Part shown: piece by piece, positions 17,972 to 28,026 of the stretch
Position numbering within the stretch: the first letter of the stretch is position 1
How the letters are laid out: each line of letters begins with the position of its first letter
Assembly: GCA_044229845.1 (NCBI GenBank)
Contig: JBGASG010000006.1
Span: 268,102-332,101 of the forward strand
DNA from: Candidatus Obscuribacteraceae bacterium
GTDB lineage: Bacteria > Cyanobacteriota > Vampirovibrionia > Obscuribacterales > Obscuribacteraceae
Length of the DNA: 64,000 bases
Direction of reading: 5' to 3'
The notes under the pieces: generated by a model
What the model saw: only the letters and a program-made list of their open reading frames with translations
Databases searched by the model: none
What the model was told of the DNA's origin: nothing
Translations under genes and position numbers: made by a program

Positions 17972-20060
17972 GAGCAACCTATCGATAGTGGCTGCAGCCG
18001 GACTGATGGTGGCTTGCTGCACCTTCGCCTGCGCCAGCCGCGCGCCCGGGCCCGATACCATATCCGGTGTGGCGGGCGGCAACTCATCGCCATCGCCCCT
18101 GTCCATCGCCCAGGCACCGCCCTCGGTATCTCTGGAACCGTTGCCCAACAAAGAGTTTCTTCAGAAAAACTCCATGCTGCTCATTTATCCCAGAGCCGAC
18201 GCAGAGATCAACGCGCCATCCACTTTCTTTGTCGGCGCCACAGCTCCCGGCAGCACGCTCACCTTGAACGGCGCACCCGTGCGCACCAACGCGCAGGGAT
18301 TTTTCGCTCACGTCGCACCACTGAAGCGCGGGCAAAACCAGTTCTCGCTTGTGCGCAGCGGACAGACAGCAGATGCCATCACTCTGAAAGTGAAGCGACC
18401 GGCGGCTCCCTCGGCCATGTCCGGTCCCCTCAAGATCGATAGTGCCTCAGCTCATCCAGCGGAAGATATCGGCGTCACGTCCGGCGATATCGTGCCGTTT
18501 TCCGTACGCGCCCACGCCGGCTCCGCCGTGGCAGTCTTCGTCGGTACCAAGAAAATCCCACTTACCAGCGCTGCTGCCGGCAAAGTGAATGTCGGGCTCA
18601 ACACTACATTTGGTGTCACTTATCAGGCTGGTGTCTCCCGTGATCCCAATCTCTACGTGGGCTTCTACAAGGTGCAGCCAGGGGACGCTTTCGACCACGC
18701 GGCACCTAAATTTGTCGCCAGCAAAGGCGGGCAAAGTACACAGTTCGTCTCCAAGAAAACCATAACGGTGTTTGCGCAACCGAAGATTTTGCAAACCGCC
18801 CATCCTGAAACGATCGTCCGCCTCGGTCCCGGCGCCGCGCGCACGACGCCTGCGCCTGAGGGGGTGCGGCTGCTGGTGGACGGCTATTACGGCACCCAGA
18901 CCCGGTGCGAACTGGCACCCGGCAAGCATGTCTGGATCGACCGCGAAGACCTGAAAGAAGATGCAGAACCGGGACGTCCGCCGCTGGCTACTGTGCGCAC
19001 GATGAACCTGGAATCGGATCCGCTCAGCGCCCGCATTGTCATCCCACTGGACCAGCGGCTGCCCTTCCAGATCGACCAAACTCTCAACCCTAATCGCCTG
19101 ACCCTGAAACTTTATGGTGCCACGGCCGATACCGATTGGATCGGACCCGCCCCGCCCACCGGCGCGCCCGGCGCCGCGGGACAGAGTGGCGCGCCCGGTG
19201 CCGGCGCCGAAAAGCCGGAGGGCAACCTGATACCGGGCAGTCGCCAGGAAGAATCAGCTCTGATCAAAAACGTTGTCTGGAGACAGACGTCCGACCGGGT
19301 CTATCAGGTGGTCGTCGATCTCAAGCTCAAGCAGCAATGGGGCTTCTGGGGAGACTACGAAGGGACCAATCTGGTTTTGCATGTGCGCAGGCCACCAAAT
19401 GTGGTGCCGGGTTCCGGCAGTTTGAAGAATTTGATCGTTTGTGTCGACCCCGGGCATGGCGGCAAAGAAACCGGAGCCTTCGGACTTACCGGCGTGCGTG
19501 AGTCTCAAATCAACCTGGCTATCGGACTGAAGCTCAAAGAACTGCTCGAGCGAGCCGGCGCTACCGTGATCATGACGCGCACCAGCGACGATATCACCGT
19601 TTCGCTGCCGGATCGGACAAACACGGCAGCTGCCGCCAACGCCAATCTATTGATATCCGTGCACAACAACTCCTTGCCGGACGGGCGTGATCCGTGGAAA
19701 GAACGCGGAACCTCCACCTATTATTATCAGCCGCAATCACTGGCGCTGGCGCGCACTCTCAAGGACAACGTCGTCGGTTCCACAGGATTTCCCGATTTCG
19801 GTACCCGCTACCAGAACCTGGCCCTGTGCCGCCCCAGCAAGATGCTCGCCAGCCTCGTTGAAGTAGGCTTCATGATTCACCCGGACGAATATGCTCAACT
19901 CTTGCAGCCCTCGTTGCACGAGAAGGCTGCAGCCGGGATAGTAAACGGCGTCAAAAAGTTTCTGGCTGCGCAATTGCAAGCGCCGGCAGCCACCTCTAAT
20001 TCCAATCAAATGGACGCTCACGACACTAACGACACGGAAGAACAAGGTCAGGATAGATAA
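17958..20060 (+). CDS. N-acetylmuramoyl-L-alanine amidase (Amidase_3) with a long N-terminal region
   Basis: VDPGHGGKETGA, RESQINL, VIMTRT, ISVHNN, SLVEVGFM. Confidence 0.9.
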   Translation: MPRHKSNLSIVAAAGLMVACCTFACASRAPGPDTISGVAGGNSSPSPLSIAQAPPSVSLEPLPNKEFLQKNSMLLIYPRADAEINAPSTFFVGATAPGSTLTLNGAPVRTNAQGFFAHVAPLKRGQNQFSLVRSGQTADAITLKVKRPAAPSAMSGPLKIDSASAHPAEDIGVTSGDIVPFSVRAHAGSAVAVFVGTKKIPLTSAAAGKVNVGLNTTFGVTYQAGVSRDPNLYVGFYKVQPGDAFDHAAPKFVASKGGQSTQFVSKKTITVFAQPKILQTAHPETIVRLGPGAARTTPAPEGVRLLVDGYYGTQTRCELAPGKHVWIDREDLKEDAEPGRPPLATVRTMNLESDPLSARIVIPLDQRLPFQIDQTLNPNRLTLKLYGATADTDWIGPAPPTGAPGAAGQSGAPGAGAEKPEGNLIPGSRQEESALIKNVVWRQTSDRVYQVVVDLKLKQQWGFWGDYEGTNLVLHVRRPPNVVPGSGSLKNLIVCVDPGHGGKETGAFGLTGVRESQINLAIGLKLKELLERAGATVIMTRTSDDITVSLPDRTNTAAAANANLLISVHNNSLPDGRDPWKERGTSTYYYQPQSLALARTLKDNVVGSTGFPDFGTRYQNLALCRPSKMLASLVEVGFMIHPDEYAQLLQPSLHEKAAAGIVNGVKKFLAAQLQAPAATSNSNQMDAHDTNDTEEQGQDR

Positions 20061-20819
20061 ATGTCGGATCTGCTCGCGATTAGCATTGGCAACACACGGA
20101 TAACCTGCGGCATCTTCAAAAGCGGTGCCCTTCTGGAAACATCTCACTTCGACACGGTGAAAGCCGCCGGCGCAGCGCGCACCATCGCCGGCGACCTGGC
20201 GTCCAAGATGCCGGTGGCTTTGTGCTCCGTAGTGCCACACGCCGCCGAGCAGGTGAAGGCGGCCCTTGCCGAACAAAATATTCGCGCCTTCGAAGTAACG
20301 CAGAAGGGCACCGCGCATCTGATTAAGAACACCTATGAGACCATGGGCGCCGACCGCATCGCCAACGCCGTGGCGGCTCACAAGATCTACGGCGGCGAAA
20401 AGGATGTCTTGATTCTCGACTTCGGAACCTGCACCACATTAACCGCGGTTGGGTCCGATGGCACCTTCCGTGGTGGCTTCATCACGCTCGGTCTGGGCAA
20501 GACCCTGGAAGCTCTGCACGAATCAACCGCTCAATTGCCGGTCACCAAGATCGGCATGCAAGACATGCCGCAGCTGGCCTTTGATACCACAGCCGCGATC
20601 ATCGACGGCACCTTCCTCGGTCACATCGGATTGATCGAACAGTGGATCAAACTGTCGCGCAAGCAAGTCGGACGCGATGCCACCACAATCGCCACCGGCG
20701 GTTGGAGCGAAGTGGTCGGACGCCACAGCACACAGATTGATGTAATGGACCCGTATCTAACCCTTAGAGGGATATATTCGGTTGCCGAGGCGGCAAAGGT
20801 CCCAGAGGATCGAGGTTGA
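20061..20819 (+). CDS. coaX: Type III pantothenate kinase
   Basis: ISIGNTRI, CSVVP, MGADRIAN, LDFGTCTT, IATGG, LTLRG. Confidence 0.92.
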   Translation: MSDLLAISIGNTRITCGIFKSGALLETSHFDTVKAAGAARTIAGDLASKMPVALCSVVPHAAEQVKAALAEQNIRAFEVTQKGTAHLIKNTYETMGADRIANAVAAHKIYGGEKDVLILDFGTCTTLTAVGSDGTFRGGFITLGLGKTLEALHESTAQLPVTKIGMQDMPQLAFDTTAAIIDGTFLGHIGLIEQWIKLSRKQVGRDATTIATGGWSEVVGRHSTQIDVMDPYLTLRGIYSVAEAAKVPEDRG

Positions 20820-20961
20820 ACTGGCGCTCCAGCGCTTCACGATAGTCCAGATTGGTGATGGCTTCGATCGAATACAACTCGTCTTCCCAGTAGCTGGCCT
20901 CGCGTCCGCTCAACTCTTCCAGTCGCTTCGCGAGATGACCTGGCAAACTCGAATCGTTCAT
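20764..20961 (-). CDS. Small hypothetical protein (65 aa)
   Basis: AGAGGA RBS before ATG; protein-like composition; 3' end overlaps coaX convergently. Confidence 0.55.
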   Translation of the reverse strand: MNDSSLPGHLAKRLEELSGREASYWEDELYSIEAITNLDYREALERQFNLDPLGPLPPRQPNISL

Positions 20962-21374
20962 GCTTCCTCTTTCTCTAGGCTAACTCTGTGTCAGCCGGTT
21001 ACTCATAATTGTGGTGACTTATAAAAAGCGGTATCACTTCAATATATGATTTTCGCCTTTCGGATAATGTCCGGAAACCAGCTTGCTGCCTTGTTTCCGC
21101 CACCAACGTCAGTTTAGTTTCTCGCGGTCAAAGAACAAGCCTTGACTTTTTTTCGCGAGTCTTGCCGCGCACTATTTTCGCTTGTCCGAAATTTGTTTAA
21201 CTGGGCGGGCTTGCGTGGCTCTCCTTCCTGTTTCCCGCCGAATATCGATTCATTATCGAAGCGCGATATGATCGATCTTGATCCAACTTGACGCTGCTGA
21301 GGATCATCCCGTTCCTTGCTTATCAGCAAGTGGTGTTATCATGTAGTTATCAAGCGCAGGCTTGGAGTGAGGAA

Positions 21375-21683
21375 ATGACCGTAATGAACTTGAAGATGCG
21401 CCTGGAGAGATTATGCGACACCAAGTCGTGGGCGCGTCTGCACTTTGCCGACGGCACGGCTTTGACCGGCAGGCTTTTGCGACTGGGACACGATTACGTC
21501 GAGATGGAGTGCTACGGCGAAACCGATCACCCGACCGATCGTGATTATGCCAAACACCTGGTGCCGCTGGGCTTGCTTAAGTTCATCACGGTTGAATCTT
21601 CGCTGTTCGCCGATGCCGAACGCCGCCGCCTCAATTATCTGGCGTCACTGCCAGCAGACAGCCTGCCCGAACTGGAACGTTAG
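21375..21683 (+). CDS. Hypothetical protein, possible Sm/LSm-like beta-barrel
   Basis: GGAG/GAGG RBS; ARLHFADGTALTGRLLRLGHDYVEM ... HLVPLGLLKFI pattern. Start may be 21384. Confidence 0.65.
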   Translation: MTVMNLKMRLERLCDTKSWARLHFADGTALTGRLLRLGHDYVEMECYGETDHPTDRDYAKHLVPLGLLKFITVESSLFADAERRRLNYLASLPADSLPELER

Positions 21684-21688
21684 GCGCG

Positions 21689-23110
21689 TTACTTAGCCAC
21701 CGCCGGCTCAGCTTTTTTTTTGCGTTTCTCTACCCAGCCTTCAAGATTTTCTTGCTTCGCTCGGCCGACCGCCAGAGAACCATCCGGTACGTCTTTGGTG
21801 ACTGCCGTCAGCGCTCCAACGGCGCATTCTTTGCCGATCGTCACCGGTGCCACCAGTACTGAATTGCTGCCCGTGGACGAACCGTCACCAATGACGGTGC
21901 GCTGTTTTTTCTTCGTGATGTGGTCATAGTTGGCAGTGATAGTGCCGGCACCAATATTGACTCTGGTACCAAGGGTGGCATCACCGATGTAGCTCAGGTG
22001 AGAAACATTGGTTTTCACCCCGATCTGAGATTTCTTGATCTCAACGAAGTTGCCGATGCGGCAGTGGTTTTCGATGTCGGCATGCTCGCGGATATGAGCG
22101 AACGGACCGACGCGGCAATCGGAGCCGATTTTGCAGTTGGTGACCAGCGATTGCGAGACGGTGCACCCCGCACCGATTTCCACCGGACCGGTAATCACAG
22201 CAGAGGGACCAATCGTGCACCCGGGACCGATCGCCACTTTGCCGATGATCTGGCAGAAGGGCAAAATCACCGAGTCCTGGCCTATCTGCGCCTCCGGTGC
22301 TACCCAGGTGGACTGCGGATCAATAACCGTCACTCCATCCTCCAGGGACAGCCGTTGCACCACTCGATCGCGCATGAGCACGTTGGCTTCCGCCAGTTCC
22401 AGGCGCGAGTTGATACCCAGCACCTCCCGCCAGTCTTCGACCTGGTGGCTGGAGACCGGGTGTTTGGACTTCACGCACCACTCCAGTAAATCAGTCAGGT
22501 AATACTCTTTTTGACGATTGTCGTTTTTCAGCCCGTTCAGACCTTCTTCGATAGCCGGCCATTCGAAGCAATAGATGGCCGGATTGACTTCTTTTATCTG
22601 GCGCTCAGCTTCGGATGCGTCTTTGTGTTCGACAATTTTCTGAATCTTGCCGGCTTGGTCACGGACGATCCGTCCGTAGTTTTTTGCGTCGTCGACCACT
22701 GTGGTCAACAAGCTCATCACTGCGCCGTCCTTGCGATGCTGGGCAATCAAGTCGCGCAGGGTTTCTCCGCGCAAAAGCGGCGTGTCGGAAACTGAAACCA
22801 GAAGTGTGCCTTTGAAGCCTTTCAGCGATGGCACGACTCGCCGCAAAGCATCGCCTGTGCCCAGCTGCGGTTCTTGCAGGTGTGCCGACCAGGGCGTTTT
22901 AGGCTCGCTTGCTGCCAAGTGCTCTTGGACAGCTTCGGCACCGTGTCCGACCACCACATGTATATGCTCCAGCGATAGCCCATCTAGGGCGTCCACGATT
23001 CGCAAAATAACTGAGCGTCCGAGGACCTCGTGAAGCACTTTCGGCTTTTGCGAAAGCATTCTCTTGCCTTGCCCAGCCGCCAGCAACACACATCTAGCCT
23101 GACTTGTCAT
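21689..23110 (-). CDS. glmU: Bifunctional UDP-GlcNAc pyrophosphorylase / glucosamine-1-phosphate N-acetyltransferase
   Basis: LAAGQGKRM..PKVLH, QLGTG, YGRI, EYYLTD, GNFVEIK, HLSYIGDA, NIGAGTITANYD. Confidence 0.97.
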   Translation of the reverse strand: MTSQARCVLLAAGQGKRMLSQKPKVLHEVLGRSVILRIVDALDGLSLEHIHVVVGHGAEAVQEHLAASEPKTPWSAHLQEPQLGTGDALRRVVPSLKGFKGTLLVSVSDTPLLRGETLRDLIAQHRKDGAVMSLLTTVVDDAKNYGRIVRDQAGKIQKIVEHKDASEAERQIKEVNPAIYCFEWPAIEEGLNGLKNDNRQKEYYLTDLLEWCVKSKHPVSSHQVEDWREVLGINSRLELAEANVLMRDRVVQRLSLEDGVTVIDPQSTWVAPEAQIGQDSVILPFCQIIGKVAIGPGCTIGPSAVITGPVEIGAGCTVSQSLVTNCKIGSDCRVGPFAHIREHADIENHCRIGNFVEIKKSQIGVKTNVSHLSYIGDATLGTRVNIGAGTITANYDHITKKKQRTVIGDGSSTGSNSVLVAPVTIGKECAVGALTAVTKDVPDGSLAVGRAKQENLEGWVEKRKKKAEPAVAK

Positions 23111-23159
23111 GCACTTAATCCAGAAAATAGAGGGGGAACTCTAATTGTAGAGATAGCGC

Positions 23160-23191
23160 AAACAAAAATCCCAGCCTCTCGGCTGGGATTT
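23160..23191 (-). terminator. Intrinsic terminator upstream of glmU
   Basis: Minus strand AAATCCCAGCC-GAGA-GGCTGGGATTTTTGTTT. Confidence 0.85.
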
Positions 23192-23293
23192 CAATAATGG
23201 CCGCAGGGTTGGTGCTGCCCCAACAAACTCGATCCCTCAAGCTCCTCAAACTGGAGATACTGCGGATAGTGGCACAAGTGGTGCCTCGAACAC
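23162..23293 (-). ncRNA. Candidate structured small RNA or leader (four-way junction) ending in an intrinsic terminator
   Basis: TTTACA-17-TACAAA promoter (23328-23300); stems CCGCAG/CTGCGG, CTCC/GGAG, CTTGA/TCGAG, GTTGG/CCAAC; terminal terminator. Confidence 0.55.
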
Positions 23294-23580
23294 TCTTATT
23301 TTGTAATACAAAGCTCCCAATGTGTAAAGGCTTAACTTTGTCGTTAGCATTGCACGCAATCTCTTTTCTGATTGCATCTTTGGTTCCGGGTCCTGCAATG
23401 GCTTTCGCTATTTTGCTATATCCGTTACCTATCACGTAGATAGACTGAAAATTAGCCGCTGAGTTCCCGACGATTTTTCCAAATAACCCGCAGCCAAATA
23501 GGGCGCGCGTCCGGCCGGGAATAAGCATTAAGATGATAGGCATTAAGGTATATTGCAGCACCGTCCCCCGAGTACTCAAA

Positions 23581-24501
23581 ATGCCCACCAGTTTTGCTTC
23601 TAGCCCGAAACCCGCCTGGCGGTTCCCGATCGCGGGACTGTTTGCCGCGCTGGTGGCTTTCCTGACCGCGACCATGCTGCCCGCGCCGGCAAGGGCGCAG
23701 TTTAAGAGCTATGCTCCGGGTGGCGGACAGCAGCAGTCCAATACATTTCGCCCTGGAATGCGCTCTGCTGCTCCAGCAGCCGGTTTCAAATATGGCGGAG
23801 GCATGGTCTACCCGGAGTTCAAAAACCCGCGCGGAATCGTCCACTGGACGCCCGACCGCATGCCCTTGAAAGTTTTTGTGGCGCCGGGTTGGAGCCTGGA
23901 TGAGTTCATCGATGACACTCTCGGAGCGCCGGTCGTCAACGTCGACAATGTCGGCGCCTGGCCGAAGTTTCTCCTGGAAACCATGCAAAAGCCTGAACAG
24001 TTGAAGGATTTGCCGATTGCAGACGGTTACACCGATCAAGGTCGCCAGGCCGCCATGCAGGGCATTCTCATGTGGAAACCCTTCGAGAAAGAGGGTCTCT
24101 TCAGCTATCAACTCACCGACGACCCCACCGAAGCGGATGTTTTCTACTTCTGGACCAACCACTTCGTCAATAAAATGGGGCTGGCTCTCTTCGCCAATGA
24201 CATTCGCGGGCTGACCTCCAAGGACACATTCCCGTACAAAGCGGTCCTGGCGGGCGGCAGGGCGGAGTTCAAACCGGTCTTGATTCTGTTGCGCACCACC
24301 GAAGGCGACGGCTCACAAGTCACGCCCGGCAAGCTGAAAGCCTCAGCAGCGCATGAATTCGGGCACGCACTCGGCATCGACGGGCACTCGACGAATCCGA
24401 TTGACCTGATGAGCAAGTTTCACGGTAAAGGGCTGATATCCCCCAACGATGCCGCAACCATTCGCTTTATGTACAAGCATGCGCCGGACTTGATACCTTG
24501 A
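23581..24501 (+). CDS. Matrixin-like (M10) zinc metalloprotease, exported
   Basis: Signal peptide ending ARA; HEFGHALGIDGHS; Met-turn DLM. Confidence 0.85.
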   Translation: MPTSFASSPKPAWRFPIAGLFAALVAFLTATMLPAPARAQFKSYAPGGGQQQSNTFRPGMRSAAPAAGFKYGGGMVYPEFKNPRGIVHWTPDRMPLKVFVAPGWSLDEFIDDTLGAPVVNVDNVGAWPKFLLETMQKPEQLKDLPIADGYTDQGRQAAMQGILMWKPFEKEGLFSYQLTDDPTEADVFYFWTNHFVNKMGLALFANDIRGLTSKDTFPYKAVLAGGRAEFKPVLILLRTTEGDGSQVTPGKLKASAAHEFGHALGIDGHSTNPIDLMSKFHGKGLISPNDAATIRFMYKHAPDLIP

Positions 24502-25028
24502 CTCGCAGCTCGAGACTTCGCGAACGAGACTATCGAGACAGCCGTCCCGAGCCGCTCATCGCGTTTCTGCAGAAACACGGTCAGGCGGTAATGGCGATCG
24601 TCATGGTCTGCCTGGGTGGTGCCTATCTGGTCGGCAATGACATGACCGGCTCCTATCAGGGCAGCAGCCCGCTGACCGGTCCGGTGCAGCTGCGCATCGA
24701 GCGCCAGGGCGCCGAGGTCACCGGCACGATTACTTTGATGGGTGATACCACACTGGAAATCAGCGACGGGCGGGTTCTCGATAACGGTTCGCTGGAACTG
24801 TCCTTCACCACGCCCAAGACTCAAAACGCAGTGCTGCAGGGACGCATCGGCAGCTGGTCCGATCCATCTTTTGTGGGCAAAGTGGACGGCCCGAGGCTCT
24901 CGGGTTATAGCCTGGAATTGAACACTCTCGCCGGCACCTTTTCAAACGGCGATAAAGAAGTACAGCTGCGCCTCTACCGCAACATGTTCGCCTCGATGTT
25001 TCACACGTTCTGGTGGGAGCGCCAGTAG
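24498..25028 (+). CDS. Hypothetical membrane-anchored beta-rich protein
   Basis: TTG start overlaps the upstream stop; one TM helix; 176-aa ORF. Confidence 0.7.
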   Translation: MTRSSRLRERDYRDSRPEPLIAFLQKHGQAVMAIVMVCLGGAYLVGNDMTGSYQGSSPLTGPVQLRIERQGAEVTGTITLMGDTTLEISDGRVLDNGSLELSFTTPKTQNAVLQGRIGSWSDPSFVGKVDGPRLSGYSLELNTLAGTFSNGDKEVQLRLYRNMFASMFHTFWWERQ

Positions 25029-25045
25029 CACCCGCCGCAGAAAGG

Positions 25046-25966
25046 CTACTGATCGACGTGGATGACGGTTGCCGCAGGCGGGCAGAAGATGCGGAAATTA
25101 GTTTTCGGATCGGCACCCAGACCGCGAGAGACGTGAATAGCCGTGTGCTTGCGGTAGACCACTCCGCTGGCTTCCTTGCGGTGCAACTCGGAGTCGGTGA
25201 TGATCGCCCCGATGCCGGGGATTCTCACTTGCCCGCCGTGTGTGTGTCCGGCAAACGCCACATCGATGCCGGCTTCCGGCAAGATGTTCAGATTGTGCGG
25301 CACGTGCAGCAATGCCAGACGCAAATAATCATCCGGCGCGTCGTCCACCAGCTTCTTCAAAGCACCACCGGCAATACCAGGATAATCGATGCCGATCACC
25401 TGCAGACGGGCTTCGGGAATCTCAATCGCCTGATGGCGCAATACTTTATAGCCCACCTTTTCCAGCGCTTCGACCATCGGCTCCACCTGCCGCTTTTCCG
25501 GCGGATGGCGAAACTTCCTGAATAGTCGCCCGATAATCTTGTTGAAGTAGCTGTAGTCGTAATAGTCGTGGTTGCCCAGAACCGCGTAGGCGCCATAGCG
25601 CGGGCGCCGCTTCAGCAGAGCTTCCGCATACTGAATGCCGGTGAAATCTTCAAAGACATCCCCGGTCAAAACAATCATGTCGTAGTCCATGGACGTAATG
25701 CGCCGCAAAAACTCCACCTTGTGCGACTCCGGCTGAGCCAGGTGCAGGTCGGAGATATGCAGAACTCTCAGCGGTGGGCGCGGCGGCACGCCCGTGCCGT
25801 TGACGTCACGGGGAATGCGAATGCGCACCATCTCCAGGTGATAGCGGCGCGCCTCTATTAAGCTGCCATAGAGGTAGGACGCTACCCCGGCTGCAATGGC
25901 AGCTCCACCGATTGCGGCCACCGCAGGCAGTGCGCGCCGCAAATTGAGCATGACTTTCGAATTCAT
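25046..25966 (-). CDS. Metallophosphoesterase (YkuE-like)
   Basis: HISDLH, LTGD, VLGNHD, AGHTHGGQV, VSRGLG. Start uncertain. Confidence 0.9.
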   Translation of the reverse strand: MNSKVMLNLRRALPAVAAIGGAAIAAGVASYLYGSLIEARRYHLEMVRIRIPRDVNGTGVPPRPPLRVLHISDLHLAQPESHKVEFLRRITSMDYDMIVLTGDVFEDFTGIQYAEALLKRRPRYGAYAVLGNHDYYDYSYFNKIIGRLFRKFRHPPEKRQVEPMVEALEKVGYKVLRHQAIEIPEARLQVIGIDYPGIAGGALKKLVDDAPDDYLRLALLHVPHNLNILPEAGIDVAFAGHTHGGQVRIPGIGAIITDSELHRKEASGVVYRKHTAIHVSRGLGADPKTNFRIFCPPAATVIHVDQ

Positions 25967-25976
25967 AGGGATTCCG

Positions 25977-26795
25977 TTAAAGGACCTCTTCAAACTTATG
26001 CTTCCACGTGGATTTAGGTCTGAGCGCAATATCCGGTGAGGTAAGCGTGTCGACCAGCCAGCGGATGGGTGATCCTATCCCTATTAAAGCAAGAGTGAAG
26101 AAAATGTCGTAGGGGAGAGCATAGCCGCTCAAATTGCGCACTTGCTCCCAGAGCCAGGGCTGCCAGATCACAGCGGCTTTGTCGCCTTCGAAAAGCAAAA
26201 TCAGAAGATAGCGGGCAAACAGATAGAGGAGCCCGCTTACGTGCACTATAGCCAACCCGCCGGCGGCAGCCGCCAGGCGGCGCCAGTGGCTGTTGAGGGT
26301 GAGGGTGACGCGCCCGGCGAACCAGCTGGCTGTCAGCAAGCCCAGCAGGTAGCCGAAAGTCGGCTGCGACCAGTAATCGACCCCGCCTCCGCCGGCAAAA
26401 GGCAAAATACCAGTGACGTCGCCAATCAGCCCCAAAACGATAAAGGTGCCGCAGGCCACCAGACCGAGCGGAATGCCCATTGCATATCCAAGCAATACCG
26501 CCAGCGGTGCCAGCGGTACATATGGTCCATAACGAACTTCGTCCGCCGGCTCTTTGAGCGCCGGAAGAACGGTCAAAATCTTTTCCTGCACTTTGGGCGA
26601 TGCCAGCGATACCGCCTGCTGAGCTGCGAACTTGCCGAAATTCGCCATGTTGCCGCCGGTGGCCGTGGGCAGTTTCAGCGAAGAGAACGAGGCGAAGAAC
26701 AACAGCTCGACCGCCAGGCAAAGCAGAACCAGCTGCCCCACCTTGGACCGCCGTCGCAAGTTGGAGAAATTCGAAGCTCCCAGCCAGTTGACCAC
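25977..26795 (-). CDS. bioY: Biotin transporter BioY (ECF S-component-like)
   Basis: LPFAGGGG...PTFGYLLG motif; multiple TM helices. The GTG at 26795 overlaps the rimI stop; alternative start 26882. Confidence 0.75.
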   Translation of the reverse strand: MVNWLGASNFSNLRRRSKVGQLVLLCLAVELLFFASFSSLKLPTATGGNMANFGKFAAQQAVSLASPKVQEKILTVLPALKEPADEVRYGPYVPLAPLAVLLGYAMGIPLGLVACGTFIVLGLIGDVTGILPFAGGGGVDYWSQPTFGYLLGLLTASWFAGRVTLTLNSHWRRLAAAAGGLAIVHVSGLLYLFARYLLILLFEGDKAAVIWQPWLWEQVRNLSGYALPYDIFFTLALIGIGSPIRWLVDTLTSPDIALRPKSTWKHKFEEVL

Positions 26796-27316
26796 TACGT
26801 TGTTCTCCGAGTCTCTTCGAGAGCGCGTATTCGCTGCGTCAGCGTCTTCACATAATCCGGAGAGGATATATGTTCGGTCCACAGGACCAGCGCGTCCTCG
26901 TCGTTATCTTGATAATACTTGCGTCTCAGTCCCAAGCTCTTAAAACCATACTTATAATAGAGCTTTTGCGCCACCTCATTGGACGCACGCACCTCCAACG
27001 TGACGTAGCTGGCGCCCACTTCCTGCGCACGGGTGATGTCGTGGATGAGGAGTCTCTCACCGACATACTTTCGTCTCAAATCAGGGTGCACAGCCAGGGT
27101 CGTAATGTGCGCCTCTTCGCCGATCAGCCAAAACCCGGAGTAGCCGTAGAGATTGTCGGTCTGCGGCTCGACGGCGGCGTAGTAGTGCCCGGCGGGATTG
27201 GTCAATTCCTTGATGAACGAATCCCGCGACCAGTGGTGGCTACCAAAGGCGACTGGCTCTATATCCATCACCTGATCAAGGTCTTCGGGTTTGAGATTTC
27301 TGATCTCGATTTCCAT
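26795..27316 (-). CDS. rimI: Ribosomal-protein-alanine N-acetyltransferase
   Basis: EAHITTLAVHP, TLEVRASN..AQKLY..YGF...RRKYY..EDALV; follows tsaB. Confidence 0.92.
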   Translation of the reverse strand: MEIEIRNLKPEDLDQVMDIEPVAFGSHHWSRDSFIKELTNPAGHYYAAVEPQTDNLYGYSGFWLIGEEAHITTLAVHPDLRRKYVGERLLIHDITRAQEVGASYVTLEVRASNEVAQKLYYKYGFKSLGLRRKYYQDNDEDALVLWTEHISSPDYVKTLTQRIRALEETRRTT

Positions 27317-28022
27317 GATCTTGCTTTAAAGTCACCGAAGGACTTTGCAGATAGAGCGGGAAAACATCCTGCCACCGCGCATCCCATGCCGCCTTCAAAG
27401 ATAACCGATCGTAAGCCAGTTGCGCCTGTTGGGCGGCAATATTTTTTATGGCCGGCAGAGGTCGAATTGATATAGCCCCGCCGTCCACAACTCCAGAATC
27501 GGCAACCAGAGCCACTTCCGCTTCCTGATTTGCCAGCCAGGCGGCATAGCCGGACAGATATTCCAGCAATTTTTCTTGTGGAAGAAACGCCTGCGGCGTG
27601 GCAGCAAACGCCGGATCCTGCGCGCGCGGCTCAAACCCGCCGGCATAATAAGCCGGCTTCGCGCCCGCCTTCAGCACCACCGCCACCGGTCCGGGCAGCG
27701 CCGCGGCGGCGGCCACAGCATCCAGATAAGAGATGCCGGCAAGCGGCAGATCGAGGGTCTGGGCAAGCGTGCGCGCGGTGATCACACCGACGCGGATGCC
27801 GGTGAAACTGCCGGGACCCACTCCCACCACCAGCCCTTCCAATTGCTTCTTGTGCCAGCCTGATTCGGCAAGCAAATCAGCCACAGCCGGTATCAGCTGA
27901 CTGGCTATATCCGAACGATTGACGCTGGTGGGCGGCAGTTCCTTTTGAGCCACGACATCTCTGTCTGCGAGCAAGGCGACGTGCAGTGTCGAGGTGCTCG
28001 TATCAAAAGAAAGAATGCGCAT
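27276..28022 (-). CDS. tsaB: tRNA threonylcarbamoyladenosine biosynthesis protein TsaB
   Basis: MRILSFDTS, VGVGPGSFTGIRVG, PLYL. Confidence 0.92.
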   Translation of the reverse strand: MRILSFDTSTSTLHVALLADRDVVAQKELPPTSVNRSDIASQLIPAVADLLAESGWHKKQLEGLVVGVGPGSFTGIRVGVITARTLAQTLDLPLAGISYLDAVAAAAALPGPVAVVLKAGAKPAYYAGGFEPRAQDPAFAATPQAFLPQEKLLEYLSGYAAWLANQEAEVALVADSGVVDGGAISIRPLPAIKNIAAQQAQLAYDRLSLKAAWDARWQDVFPLYLQSPSVTLKQDHGNRDQKSQTRRP

Positions 28023-28026
28023 GGAC

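Noticed and set aside
23201..23265. Cloverleaf as tRNA-Sec or another tRNA
   Set aside because: No TCA anticodon loop, no GTTC T arm, and only a 4-nt central loop.
23115..23675. 186-aa minus-strand ORF and 80-aa plus-strand ORF upstream of glmU
   Set aside because: Atypical composition, overlap with the metalloprotease start, and they cross a clear terminator and RNA structure.
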